From Acidobacteriota bacterium (GTDB lineage: Bacteria > Bacteroidota > Ignavibacteria > UBA10030 > UBA8401): a DNA stretch of 64,000 nucleotides. Of this stretch, positions 55,198 through 64,000 are shown piece after piece (positions within the stretch are counted from its first letter, which is position 1; each line of letters opens with the position of its first letter). The notes under the pieces were generated by a model. That model made no database searches. It worked only from the letters and a program-made list of their open reading frames with translations, and was not told where the DNA came from. The stretch lies in assembly GCA_050258555.1 (NCBI GenBank), contig JBLMZA010000159.1, positions 1,906-65,905 of the forward strand, given 5' to 3'. The position numbers were made by a program, and so were the translations under genes.

Positions 55198-56574
55198 CTA
55201 GATGAAGCGCTTCAGCGAAGCGACCAGTCCATCCACATCCGCCTGCGTGGTCGCGTAATTGATGATGCATGTCCGGAGCACATTTCCATAGTGCGGCACG
55301 GTGACCGATGAGATCCACGCCGATCCTTCGGCATAGATGCGCTGCAGCACATCATTCACCGCCACGGCTCCGTTTTGTAGAGACGCGTGCGTGAAACATA
55401 TCACCGGAAGAGGCGTCTCGTTCACGATCGTCCATCCGGATTTTTCCAGCTCGCCGCGCATATAACGTCCGAGCGCGATCTCTTCATCCACCATCTGCGC
55501 CAAGCCTTCCGCACCGCGCTCGGCCAGCGTCATGAACACCTTCAATCCGATGAAACGCCTGGACCACTGCAGAGACATGGCATAATTGTCCGCGGTATCC
55601 TGCACATGCTCCGGCATGTATGACGCCGTGATGCGGAAGGCGTCGCCGACCGCGTGACGGTGCCGGCAGAAGAACATGCCCGCGCTCATCGAGACGGAAA
55701 GCCACTTATGCGCATCGCAGGCGATCGAGTCGGCCTGGTCGATGCCGCGAAGATGCTGTGCGGCGCGCGGCGAGATGATTGCCGCGCCGCCCCAGGCGCC
55801 GTCGGCATGAAACCACAGGCCGTACTGCCGGCAGATGCGGGAGATCTCCTCGAGCGGATCGATGACGCCCGCAGGCGTCGTGCCCACGGTGCCGGCCGTC
55901 ATGAAGGGGATGAAGCCTTCTGCGATATCCGACTGAATCTGCCGCTCGAGTGTCGCGCAGTCCATCTGAAGCGCCTCATTCACCGGAATGGTCCGCACGG
56001 CCGCGCGGCCGAGTCCCGTGCTGTGGGCGGCCTTCTGAAACGAATGGTGCGCCTGCTCCGAGACATAGAAGACCGGCTGAGCGGGGAGCGAGCGCACTCC
56101 CTCGTTGCCGTATGCGGGAAACCGGTGGGTGAGCGCGGTGATGAGCGCCGTATGATTGGCCTCAGCGCCGCCCGAGGTGAAATGCGCCGCGCTTTCTGCC
56201 GGATCGAATCCGAACTGCCGGAGGAAGAACTGCAGCGTATGGCGTTCGATCTCGTTGGCTGCCGGAGCATGCGACCATGTGGCCAGCTGCGGATTGTAGA
56301 GCGCCGCAAGCGTATCGGCCGCGATCGCCGCCTCTGTCACGTTCGGATTGAACAGTCCGAAGTAGCGGGGATGTGTCGTATGAAGGCTCCAGTCATGCAT
56401 CATCTGCACGACCTCGGCGATGACCGACTCGAGCGGCTGTGGATGTGAAAATGGAAAATGGTCCGCGATGTGGGCGCGGATGAGGTCAGGGGAAACCGGA
56501 GCGGCGACAGGCTGCTGGGCAATTGTCGCCCGGAATTGTTCGATTTCGGGAAGAAGTGAGGATAAGGAATTCAT
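55198..56574 (-). CDS. Group II PLP-dependent amino-acid decarboxylase
   Basis: HPRYFGLF, FTSGGAEAN, AHHSFQK, GTVGTTPAGVIDP, WFHADGAWG, DAHKW (PLP Lys), QWSRRF. Confidence 0.9.
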   Translation of the reverse strand: MNSLSSLLPEIEQFRATIAQQPVAAPVSPDLIRAHIADHFPFSHPQPLESVIAEVVQMMHDWSLHTTHPRYFGLFNPNVTEAAIAADTLAALYNPQLATWSHAPAANEIERHTLQFFLRQFGFDPAESAAHFTSGGAEANHTALITALTHRFPAYGNEGVRSLPAQPVFYVSEQAHHSFQKAAHSTGLGRAAVRTIPVNEALQMDCATLERQIQSDIAEGFIPFMTAGTVGTTPAGVIDPLEEISRICRQYGLWFHADGAWGGAAIISPRAAQHLRGIDQADSIACDAHKWLSVSMSAGMFFCRHRHAVGDAFRITASYMPEHVQDTADNYAMSLQWSRRFIGLKVFMTLAERGAEGLAQMVDEEIALGRYMRGELEKSGWTIVNETPLPVICFTHASLQNGAVAVNDVLQRIYAEGSAWISSVTVPHYGNVLRTCIINYATTQADVDGLVASLKRFI

Positions 56575-56665
56575 CGTTGTCGGCCATTGTATGGGAATCA
56601 GTGTGCTGTTTTCGCAACAGATTCAATAATACAAAAATATTCCCAAGAATGCTTCGTCGTTCGTC

Positions 56666-56694
56666 TTGAGAGTCGTGCGGCGTTTTCCTATTTT
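56666..56694 (+). promoter_or_regulatory. sigma70-type promoter of dnaG
   Basis: TTGAGA-N17-TATTTT, ending 9 nt before the ATG at 56704. Confidence 0.45.
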
Positions 56695-56703
56695 GGTATC
56701 CAT

Positions 56704-58590
56704 ATGATACCTGAAAACAAAATTGAAGAAGTCCGGAATGCGACCGACATCGTCGACTATATCGGCCGCTATGTGAAGCTGAAGAAGCGGGGGAAGAGCT
56801 ATCTCGGCGTCTGTCCGTTCCATAACGAGAAGACGCCGTCGTTCAACGTGAGCATGGAAAAGCAGATGTACTACTGCTTCGGATGCCACAGAGGCGGCGA
56901 TGTGATCAAGTTCGCGATGGAATGGGACAAGATTTCGTACCCCGAAGCCATCGAGATGCTGGCCGAGCGCGCAGGCATCGCCCTGCCGTCGACCGAGCGC
57001 GAGACGGCCGCGGTCAATGAAGCCGAGCAGTTTTACCATGCATGCCGGTTTGCCGGACGCTATTTCTACAACAACCTTCAGACACCCGAGGGCAAGTTCG
57101 CCCTCGAATATTTCCGCTCGCGCGGCTTTTCGGACAAGACCATCATTACGTTCGGGCTCGGTTATTCGATGCGGGGATGGGACTCGCTGATGAACCGTGC
57201 GAAGGAGGAAGGCATTGCGGCCGACACGCTCGTGAGAGTGGGCCTGCTCCGCACGCGCGACGACGGCACGCACTACGATGCGTTCCGAGGCCGGGCGATG
57301 TTCCCGATCTTCAGCGCCACGGGAAAAGTGATCGCATTCGGCGCGCGCAAGATACACGAAGACGATACGGTGCCCGGCAAATACATCAATTCGCCCGAGA
57401 CGTCGATCTACAAGAAGAGCCGCGTGCTCTACGGGCTCTCGCAGTCGAAAGAGGCGATCCGCGAAGCCGACGCGGTGATCCTTGTGGAAGGCTACGCCGA
57501 TCTCATTTCCGTCTTCCAGGCCGGCGTGAAGAATATCGTCGCATCGAGCGGCACGGCGCTGACCGACGAGCAGATCAAGCTCCTGTCGCGCTATACGAAA
57601 AATGTCATTTTTGTGTACGATGCGGATTCGGCAGGCGCCAATGCGATGGTGCGCGGCATCGACATGATTCTGGAACAGAACATGGATGTGCGCATCGTGC
57701 CGCTTCCTGCCGGAGACGATCCGGACTCGTTCGTCAGGGCCAACGGCGGAGAGGAGTTCCGGAAGCTCATCGCGCGGGCGCAGTCGTTCATCGATTTCAA
57801 GGCGTCGACATACGAAAAGGCCGGCAAATTTCAGACGCCGGAAGGACGGGCTGAAGCGGTGCGCGCGCTCGTGCAGACGATCGCCAAAGTGCCGGACCAG
57901 CTCAAGCAGTCGTTCTTCATCCGCGACCTGGCGGAAAAATACAAGCTCTACGAATCGTCGCTCTACACCGAACTCGACAAGTACGTGAAGCGCGATCCGG
58001 CGCAGACGCGCGCCGAGGCCGCGCCGGTGCAGCATGCGCCGGCGAAGCCGGTCCATTCGGCGCCGGGACCGTCAGTCGCGCCCGATGACGATGAGGACGG
58101 GATCTGCACGGAGGAGAAGGAGCTGCTGAACGCGCTCTTTGAAAATCCCGATGAGATGGTGCCGTTCGTCTTCGGCTCCATCACGATCGAAGAATTCGAA
58201 TCGAAGCGTGCGAAGGAGATCGCGCTGCTCATCGTCGAGCATTTCGAACACGAGGGAAAAGTCGACGCCCGCGCCATGCATGAATCGACGCAGGACGAAC
58301 GCACGAAGATGCTCATCGCCGCCTGTTCGTTCGAGCGGTATCAGCTGAGCTCGAAATGGGACTCGATCGGCCACCGTTCCAGCGCCACGCGCCTGTACGA
58401 GCAGTCGCTCGGCGCGATCAAGGGACTGAAGCGGAGGAACGTCGAAAAGGCGATCGCCGAAAACAGAAGGAGGATGAGGGATGCCCAGCTGCAGGGGGGA
58501 GACGTGCTCGAGATGCTGAAGATTGAAAAGGAATTGTATGCGCAGAAGCAGCTGATTGAAGAGATGAAACTGGTGATAGAGAAGCAATAA
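56704..58590 (+). CDS. dnaG: DNA primase
   Basis: CPFHNEKTPSF...CFGC Zn finger, FGARK, KYINSPET, TOPRIM VEGYAD / YDADSAG. Confidence 0.97.
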   Translation: MIPENKIEEVRNATDIVDYIGRYVKLKKRGKSYLGVCPFHNEKTPSFNVSMEKQMYYCFGCHRGGDVIKFAMEWDKISYPEAIEMLAERAGIALPSTERETAAVNEAEQFYHACRFAGRYFYNNLQTPEGKFALEYFRSRGFSDKTIITFGLGYSMRGWDSLMNRAKEEGIAADTLVRVGLLRTRDDGTHYDAFRGRAMFPIFSATGKVIAFGARKIHEDDTVPGKYINSPETSIYKKSRVLYGLSQSKEAIREADAVILVEGYADLISVFQAGVKNIVASSGTALTDEQIKLLSRYTKNVIFVYDADSAGANAMVRGIDMILEQNMDVRIVPLPAGDDPDSFVRANGGEEFRKLIARAQSFIDFKASTYEKAGKFQTPEGRAEAVRALVQTIAKVPDQLKQSFFIRDLAEKYKLYESSLYTELDKYVKRDPAQTRAEAAPVQHAPAKPVHSAPGPSVAPDDDEDGICTEEKELLNALFENPDEMVPFVFGSITIEEFESKRAKEIALLIVEHFEHEGKVDARAMHESTQDERTKMLIAACSFERYQLSSKWDSIGHRSSATRLYEQSLGAIKGLKRRNVEKAIAENRRRMRDAQLQGGDVLEMLKIEKELYAQKQLIEEMKLVIEKQ

Positions 58591-58594
58591 AAAA

Positions 58595-58675
58595 GGGGCG
58601 AAGCAGCGCTTCGCCCCACATGAAAGACAAAAGAAAGATGGAGCAGGGGGCGAAGCAGCGCTTCGCCCCACATGA
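58595..58675. repeat. Two direct copies of the REP-like palindrome (starts 58595 and 58647)
   Basis: GGGGCGAAGCAGCGCTTCGCCCCACATGA twice, 23 nt apart, between convergent dnaG and icd. Confidence 0.85.
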
Positions 58676-58684
58676 CGAGAACGT

Positions 58685-59938
58685 TTACATGTGTGCGACG
58701 ATTGCGTCTCCGAAGGCGGAGCAGGAAATTTCTTGTGCTCCCTCCATGAGCCGCGCAAAATCGTACGTCACGGTCTTCGATCCGATCGCGCCGTTGATGC
58801 CCTTGAGCACCAGATCGGCCGCTTCGGTCCATCCCATATACCGGAACATCATTTCGCCGCTCAGAATCACAGAGCCCGGATTCACCTTGTCCTGCCCCGC
58901 GTACTTCGGCGCCGTTCCATGCGTCGCTTCAAACACCGCATAGCCGTTTTCATAGTTGATGTTGCCGCCCGGCGCGATGCCGATGCCGCCGACCTGCGCC
59001 GCAAGCGCATCCGAAATGTAGTCTCCGTTCAGGTTCAGCGTGGCGATGACGTCGTATTCAGCGGGACGCGTGAGGATCTGCTGGAGGAACGCGTCGGCGA
59101 TGACATCCTTCATGAGGATCTTGCCTTCCGGAACCGTTCCGCCGCACTCGTCCCACGACACGACCTGTCCGGCGAACTCCTTTTTCGCCAGCGCATAGCC
59201 CCATTCGCGGAATCCGCCTTCGGTGAATTTCATGATGTTGCCCTTGTGCACGAGCGTCACGGACTTCCGTTTGTTGTCGATCGCATAGCGGATTGCCGCG
59301 CGCACGAGCCGCTCGGTGCCCTCGATCGAGACCGGCTTGATGCCGATGCTGGAGCTTTCGGGGAAGCGGATCTTTTTCACGCCCATTTCCTTCTGCAGGA
59401 AGCCGATCACCTTCTGCACCTCGGGCGTTCCGGCCTTCCATTCGATGCCGGCATAAATGTCTTCCGTGTTCTCGCGGAAGATCACCATGTCGATGAGCTC
59501 GGGATGCTTCACCGGCGAGGGCACGCCCGTGAAATACTGCACCGGGCGGAGGCACACATACAGGTCGAGTTCCTGACGCAGCGCGACATTGATCGAGCGG
59601 ATTCCGCCGCCGATGGGCGTCGTGAGCGGTCCCTTGATCGCGACAACATACTCTCTGATGGCCGCAAGCGTATCGTCGGGCAGCCAGATCTGTTCGCCGT
59701 AGACGCGTGTCGCTTTTTCGCCGGCGAAGACTTCGAACCATTCGATTCTCCGCCTGCCGCCATAGGCGCGGTCGACCGCCGCATCGAGCACTTTCTTCGA
59801 GGCCTTCCAGATGTCCGGTCCCGTGCCGTCTCCCTCAATGAACGGAATGATGGGCGTGTCGGGCACGCGGATCGTTCCGTGTGCGGCCGTGATGCGTTCT
59901 CCTGCGGCAGGAGGCGTCAGTTTCTGATAGTGAGCCAT
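58685..59938 (-). CDS. icd: NADP-dependent isocitrate dehydrogenase (E. coli-type)
   Basis: [60 protein letters not shown]. Confidence 0.97.
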   Translation of the reverse strand: MAHYQKLTPPAAGERITAAHGTIRVPDTPIIPFIEGDGTGPDIWKASKKVLDAAVDRAYGGRRRIEWFEVFAGEKATRVYGEQIWLPDDTLAAIREYVVAIKGPLTTPIGGGIRSINVALRQELDLYVCLRPVQYFTGVPSPVKHPELIDMVIFRENTEDIYAGIEWKAGTPEVQKVIGFLQKEMGVKKIRFPESSSIGIKPVSIEGTERLVRAAIRYAIDNKRKSVTLVHKGNIMKFTEGGFREWGYALAKKEFAGQVVSWDECGGTVPEGKILMKDVIADAFLQQILTRPAEYDVIATLNLNGDYISDALAAQVGGIGIAPGGNINYENGYAVFEATHGTAPKYAGQDKVNPGSVILSGEMMFRYMGWTEAADLVLKGINGAIGSKTVTYDFARLMEGAQEISCSAFGDAIVAHM

Positions 59939-59951
59939 TCCAATGGATCCT

Positions 59952-60377
59952 TTACACGTGTGATGATTGAATGTGAGCGCGAATCCGCTCGGCGGCCTCG
60001 CGCATTTTGCCTTCTTCGTATCGTTTCAGTTTCAGCGTGAATATCACCTCATCGTCCGGAAAGCGGGGCGTGATGTGCATGTGGAAATGGAAGACCGATT
60101 GACCGGCGATCACGCCGTTGTTCGAAAAGAAATTGAAGCCCTGGAGCTTGTACGCATCCACCAGCGCCCGCGTCACGACATGCGCCGCATGCATAATGCC
60201 GCCGAGTTCCGATTCGGGAAGATCGAGGAAGTCCCGGTAATGATGTTTCGGTATGATCAGGGCATGGCCGTAATGAATGGGATTGACATCGAGGATTGCG
60301 ATGACGTTGTCGTCTTCATAGAGGATTTCAGCCGGGACACGACGATTGATAATGTCGCAGAATATACAGGAAGTCAT
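59952..60377 (-). CDS. HIT family hydrolase
   Basis: [29 protein letters not shown]. Confidence 0.92.
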   Translation of the reverse strand: MTSCIFCDIINRRVPAEILYEDDNVIAILDVNPIHYGHALIIPKHHYRDFLDLPESELGGIMHAAHVVTRALVDAYKLQGFNFFSNNGVIAGQSVFHFHMHITPRFPDDEVIFTLKLKRYEEGKMREAAERIRAHIQSSHV

Positions 60378-60428
60378 TGAACAGGCCCGTGTTGATTCGA
60401 TGCTGGAACAACGATTGATTGCAAGCGA

Positions 60429-60461
60429 CGTCCTGCGCGCGCGTGATGCGTGCGCAGGACG
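60429..60461. terminator. Long GC hairpin between the citrate synthase and HIT genes
   Basis: CGTCCTGCGCGCGC-gtgat-GCGTGCGCAGGACG; no clear U-tract. Confidence 0.5.
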
Positions 60462-60478
60462 CTGTCGGTGGGCACCTG

Positions 60479-61624
60479 TTACATGCGTTCGCTGATCGGC
60501 GTATATTTCATCGATGTCTTCCCGATATAATGCGATGCCGGGCGGATCAGGCGGTTGTTCTGATACTGTTCGATGATGTGCGCGGTCCAGCCCGCAACCC
60601 GGCTCATGGCAAAGATGCACGTGTACATGTCGACCGGAATGCCCAGTGCATAATACACAGACGCCGAATATAAATCAACATTTGGATAAATGGATTTTTC
60701 GGATTGTACGATATCCTGTATCCGGCGCGTCATCGCCGCCCATTTTTCCATATGCTTCTTCTCGCCGAGCTGATAGGCGAACGTCCTGAGAAACTGCGCC
60801 CGTGGGTCCTCCAATTTGTAGACGCGGTGGCCGAAGCCCGGGATCTTTTTCCTGTTGGTGAATTGGTTGCGGACGTACGACTCGACGTTCTCGATCTCGC
60901 CGATATGCAGCAGCATGTTCATCACGTCCTGGTTTGCGCCGCCATGCAGGGGTCCCTTGAGCGTGCCGACCGCCGAGGTGATCGCCGAATAATAGTCGGA
61001 GAGCGTTCCCACCGTCACACGCGCGGCGAAGGTCGAAGCGTTGAATTCATGGTCGGCATGCACGATGAGCGCGGCGTCCATGATCTTCGCCTCGTCCTCG
61101 TCCGGAGCCGTGCCGCGCAGAAGATACAGCAGATTGGCCGCATGCGACAGATCGTTCCGCGGATGGAAGGGCGTTTTGCCATTGCGCAGATTGTTGAACG
61201 CTCCCACGATCGTCGGCATGCGCGATGTGACGAAGATCGCCTTGTCGAGGATCGCGTCGCGTGCCGTGGCGTCGGGCCTCAGGTCGAAGGACGAAAGCAT
61301 CGAGACCGCCGTGCGGAGCACTTCCATGGGCAGGGCGGATTTCGGGAGGGAATAGAGCATCTGCATCACTTCGTGGGGGAGTTCTCGGGCGGCCTGCAGC
61401 TTTGCCGTGAAGCGGCTCAATTCCGTGACGGTGGGCAGATGCCCGGTCCAAAGAAGAAACATCGTTTCTTCGAATGTGGAATTGGCCACGAGATCATGAA
61501 TGTCATACCCGCGATAGAGGAGCCGGCCTTCGCGGCCGTCGATGAAGCATACCTCCGATTCGCCGGCGATGACATCCTCGAGTCCCGGTTTTTGTGCGAC
61601 GAGCGGTTCTGGCTGTTCTACCAT
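60479..61624 (-). CDS. gltA: Citrate synthase (short dimeric type II / methylcitrate synthase-like family)
   Basis: GLEDV, LLYRGYDI, HADHEFNAST, GPLHGGAN, GFGHRVYK, YPNVD, SRVAGW, RLIRP. Confidence 0.92.
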   Translation of the reverse strand: MVEQPEPLVAQKPGLEDVIAGESEVCFIDGREGRLLYRGYDIHDLVANSTFEETMFLLWTGHLPTVTELSRFTAKLQAARELPHEVMQMLYSLPKSALPMEVLRTAVSMLSSFDLRPDATARDAILDKAIFVTSRMPTIVGAFNNLRNGKTPFHPRNDLSHAANLLYLLRGTAPDEDEAKIMDAALIVHADHEFNASTFAARVTVGTLSDYYSAITSAVGTLKGPLHGGANQDVMNMLLHIGEIENVESYVRNQFTNRKKIPGFGHRVYKLEDPRAQFLRTFAYQLGEKKHMEKWAAMTRRIQDIVQSEKSIYPNVDLYSASVYYALGIPVDMYTCIFAMSRVAGWTAHIIEQYQNNRLIRPASHYIGKTSMKYTPISERM

Positions 61625-61752
61625 GGATGCCTCCGGATGATAGGGTGAAATCGAGGGAAACAGGCGGTTTTGATCCGTCCTGCATGAGATGTGCACACCA
61701 ATCCCATAACAAGAAAGGGAGGTCCGAAGGTTTCCGCACGCTCGGTTTTGCA

Positions 61753-61781
61753 TTGACTCTCTTGACAAATCTTCCTATATT
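61753..61781 (+). promoter_or_regulatory. sigma70-type promoter
   Basis: TTGACT-N17-TATATT. Confidence 0.7.
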
Positions 61782-61844
61782 TTAAATCATTACTCAACGA
61801 TTCCGCGTTATTTCTAACCATTTCACAATTAAAAGGATTCAAGA

Positions 61845-63296
61845 ATGAAAGCGATCGTCACCTGGGGCTTGCTGGCTGTTGCCGCGGTCGGATTGCTGAC
61901 CACCGGTTTCCAGTGTTCATCGGCAGAACTGACAAGCGCGCGCCTCTACATCCAGCGCAAGGATTTCCAGAATGCAGAAGCTCAGTTAAAGAAAGAAGTC
62001 GAAAAAAATCCCAAGAGCGAAGAAGGATACTTTCTTCTCGGTCAGGTCCGCTATGAGCTGAAGGATTATAAGGGAATGAAAGACGCATTCGAGAATGCGT
62101 CGAAAGTCGGCCAGGCCCACAAGAAGGAAATCGACAACCTGACGCTCAGCGCGTGGGGACGTCTCTTTAACCAGGGCGTGGAAGAGATCAACAAGGCGGA
62201 AAACGCCGAAGGATTCGACAAGGCAATCCAGACGTTCACGATGGCTTCGTACCTCGAACCGGACAGCATGATCAATCAGCGCAACCTCGGTCTTGCATTC
62301 TACCGCAAGTCGCAGTACGAGAAGAGCGCCCTCGAGCAGAGCATCGCGCCGTTGACCGAATCGTTTGAAAAAGGCAAGGACGTTCTCTCGGCCCGCATTC
62401 TCGGTTCGATCTACCTGAACAAGGCAGGCGAAGAGAAGGCGAAGTTCACCGAAGCCAACCGCGAAATGATCGAAGGCATGAAAAAGATCGAGAACATCCG
62501 CGAGAAGATGAAGGCCGCCGACGTGAAGTATTATCTCGGACAGCCGACGACGGTCAACAAGCCGGCCGCACCGGCAGCGGCGAAGAAGGGCAAGAAGCCC
62601 GCAGCCGCTTCGCAGAAGGAAGAATGGGTGTACGATCAGTATAAATTGACCGTGGGAGTCGACGGCGACGTCGTCACATCGGTAAAATTTGCGGAGCCCT
62701 ACAAGCCGACGATCGATTCGACCATGCACCGCCAGGCGATCGCGGATTTCAGCAAGGCCGTCGAAGTGTACAAGAAGGCCCAGGCCATGTTCCCGGATGA
62801 TCAGGAAATCTCCGAAAACCTGATGAACGCCTACATCGGCGCCGAACGCAACAACGAAGCCCGCACGCTGCTCAACGAGCGCGTCCAGAAGTATCCCAAC
62901 AGCAAATACGACCATTACAACCTGGGCGTGTTCCTGCTGAAGGACGGAGAATTTGAAGGCGCCGTGCAGCAGTTCCAGGCCGCCTATTCGCTCGATACCA
63001 CGATGACTTCAGCGCTCTACAACCTGGCAGCCAGCTACGTGAACTGGGGCGTTTCCATCGCCGAGAACCTCAAGAAGGAAAACGAAGGAAAGCCCGAGAA
63101 GGAGCAGAAGGTCAGCGATGCGCCGAAGGAAAAGTTCCGCGCAGCGGTGCCGTATCTTGAAAAAGTCGTGGCCGAAAAGACCGACGACGTTCAGATGCTC
63201 GAACTTCTTGCGCAGGTGTATGCGAACCTCGGCCAGCCCGACAAGGCCAAAGCATACTATGAAAAGGCGGATGCAGCGCGCCAGGGGAAAAAGTAA
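61845..63296 (+). CDS. TPR-repeat lipoprotein
   Basis: Lipobox-like GFQC, several TPR repeats, internal alpha/beta insertion. Confidence 0.85.
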   Translation: MKAIVTWGLLAVAAVGLLTTGFQCSSAELTSARLYIQRKDFQNAEAQLKKEVEKNPKSEEGYFLLGQVRYELKDYKGMKDAFENASKVGQAHKKEIDNLTLSAWGRLFNQGVEEINKAENAEGFDKAIQTFTMASYLEPDSMINQRNLGLAFYRKSQYEKSALEQSIAPLTESFEKGKDVLSARILGSIYLNKAGEEKAKFTEANREMIEGMKKIENIREKMKAADVKYYLGQPTTVNKPAAPAAAKKGKKPAAASQKEEWVYDQYKLTVGVDGDVVTSVKFAEPYKPTIDSTMHRQAIADFSKAVEVYKKAQAMFPDDQEISENLMNAYIGAERNNEARTLLNERVQKYPNSKYDHYNLGVFLLKDGEFEGAVQQFQAAYSLDTTMTSALYNLAASYVNWGVSIAENLKKENEGKPEKEQKVSDAPKEKFRAAVPYLEKVVAEKTDDVQMLELLAQVYANLGQPDKAKAYYEKADAARQGKK

Positions 63297-63314
63297 TTTT
63301 CTCTGAATCAATGT

Positions 63315-63364
63315 AAGGTGTATGCGCGCGGTCAGCTGATCGGCTGCGCATACACCTTTTTTTT
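63315..63364 (+). terminator. Intrinsic terminator
   Basis: AAGGTGTATGCGC...GCGCATACACCTT plus a T-run. Confidence 0.8.
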
Positions 63365-63383
63365 CAGAAAGGACCATATATCC

Positions 63384-63716
63384 ATGTCAAAGCCGCAGCC
63401 GGAACAGCCGCAGCAGATCAATATCGAGCTGGGTGAGAAGGAAGCCGAGGGGATTTATTCGAATCTTGCGATCATTACGCACTCTCCGGCGGAATTCGTC
63501 ATCGATTTCACGCGCATCCTTCCCGGGGTGCCCAAGGCGCGCGTGCATGCGCGCATCGTCATGACGCCCCAGCATGCGAAGCTACTGAAGAACGCCCTCG
63601 AGGACAACCTCAGAAAATACGAGGAAAAATTCGGGGAGATTACGATCGCCGGCGAAGAAATGAGCGCGCCGCCGTTCGGATTCCAGATTCCCAAGAAGGA
63701 CGAAAAGATCAACTGA
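63384..63716 (+). CDS. DUF3467 domain protein
   Basis: INIELGEKEAEGIYSNLAIITHSPAEFVIDF...RIVMTPQHAK...YEEKFGEI. Confidence 0.88.
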   Translation: MSKPQPEQPQQINIELGEKEAEGIYSNLAIITHSPAEFVIDFTRILPGVPKARVHARIVMTPQHAKLLKNALEDNLRKYEEKFGEITIAGEEMSAPPFGFQIPKKDEKIN

Positions 63717-63792
63717 CCGTGCGGCCGCCTGAATGCAAAGGCGACCGCTCCCGCAATATATACCGACATCCTGCTTAAGTTTTCGTGAAAGG

Positions 63793-63831
63793 AGCCGATG
63801 ATTTTCGATACATGAGATCATCGGCTTTTTT
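63793..63831 (+). terminator. Intrinsic terminator
   Basis: AGCCGATGAT-N14-ATCATCGGCT plus a T-run. Confidence 0.75.
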
Positions 63832-63858
63832 ATTTTCAGCAACAAACGAAAAACAAGT

Positions 63859-64000
63859 ATGGATTACAGAAAGACCTTCGCTGGCCTTCGCAGTTCAGCA
63901 ACGAAACATGCGCTCCTGTTCTTCTCCGTTCTCATCCTCATGCTGATTTCGTTCCGGTGCATCAAGGCGCCGGCAGAACCTGAAATGCCCACATGGCAGA
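63859..64000 (+). CDS. 5' fragment of a probable lipoprotein, truncated by the window edge
   Basis: MDYRKTF...LLFFSVLILMLISFRC then hydrophilic; open to the edge. Confidence 0.55.
   Translation, partial: MDYRKTFAGLRSSATKHALLFFSVLILMLISFRCIKAPAEPEMPTWQ

Noticed and set aside
58595-58675. Two 29-nt palindromic direct repeats with a 23-nt spacer, resembling a minimal CRISPR array
   Set aside because: Only two copies, a third isolated copy 33 kb away, and no cas genes or leader. A REP interpretation fits better.
1-64000. rRNA, tRNA, riboswitch, integrase or transposase genes
   Set aside because: None recognisable by eye. Intergenic gaps are short and mostly explained by promoters and terminators; a cmscan/tRNAscan run would be needed to exclude small RNAs.

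Overview
GC-rich bacterial chromosomal segment of about 53 genes. The T9SS-type C-terminal sorting domains (NYPNPFNP), PorV-family and DUF4835 (PorD-like) genes, carboxypeptidase-domain TonB receptor, Shine-Dalgarno use and TTGnnn-N17-TATATT promoters suggest an FCB-group organism, most like Ignavibacteriota (inference). Most of the window is housekeeping: mnmA, rpmE, rsmB, kbl, rmuC, udk, ald, a detached nuoG-H-I block, comM/yifB, uvrA, dnaG, icd and citrate synthase. I saw no rRNA, tRNA, CRISPR array or transposase. Two accessory loci stand out. (1) 43.1-46.0 kb: a FabH-like gene whose decarboxylation His/Asn are replaced by Thr/Tyr, an HDCF-type thiolase, and a DUF35 OB-fold protein with all four Zn cysteines replaced. 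This resembles the archaeal thiolase/HMG-CoA synthase/DUF35 complex and PhlABC but matches neither. It sits behind a palindrome-covered promoter and a possible truncated regulator. (2) 27.5-36.7 kb: a SusD-less, hydrolase-less unit of secreted protein, TonB receptor, atypical-CTD cargo, PorV and two beta-barrels. Smaller signals include a REP-like palindrome family, a strong-SD 9-codon uORF with alternative pairings, and a TPR lipoprotein with a BamE/SmpA-like insert. Start codons were refined by eye, and all family calls come from motif recognition, not database searches.
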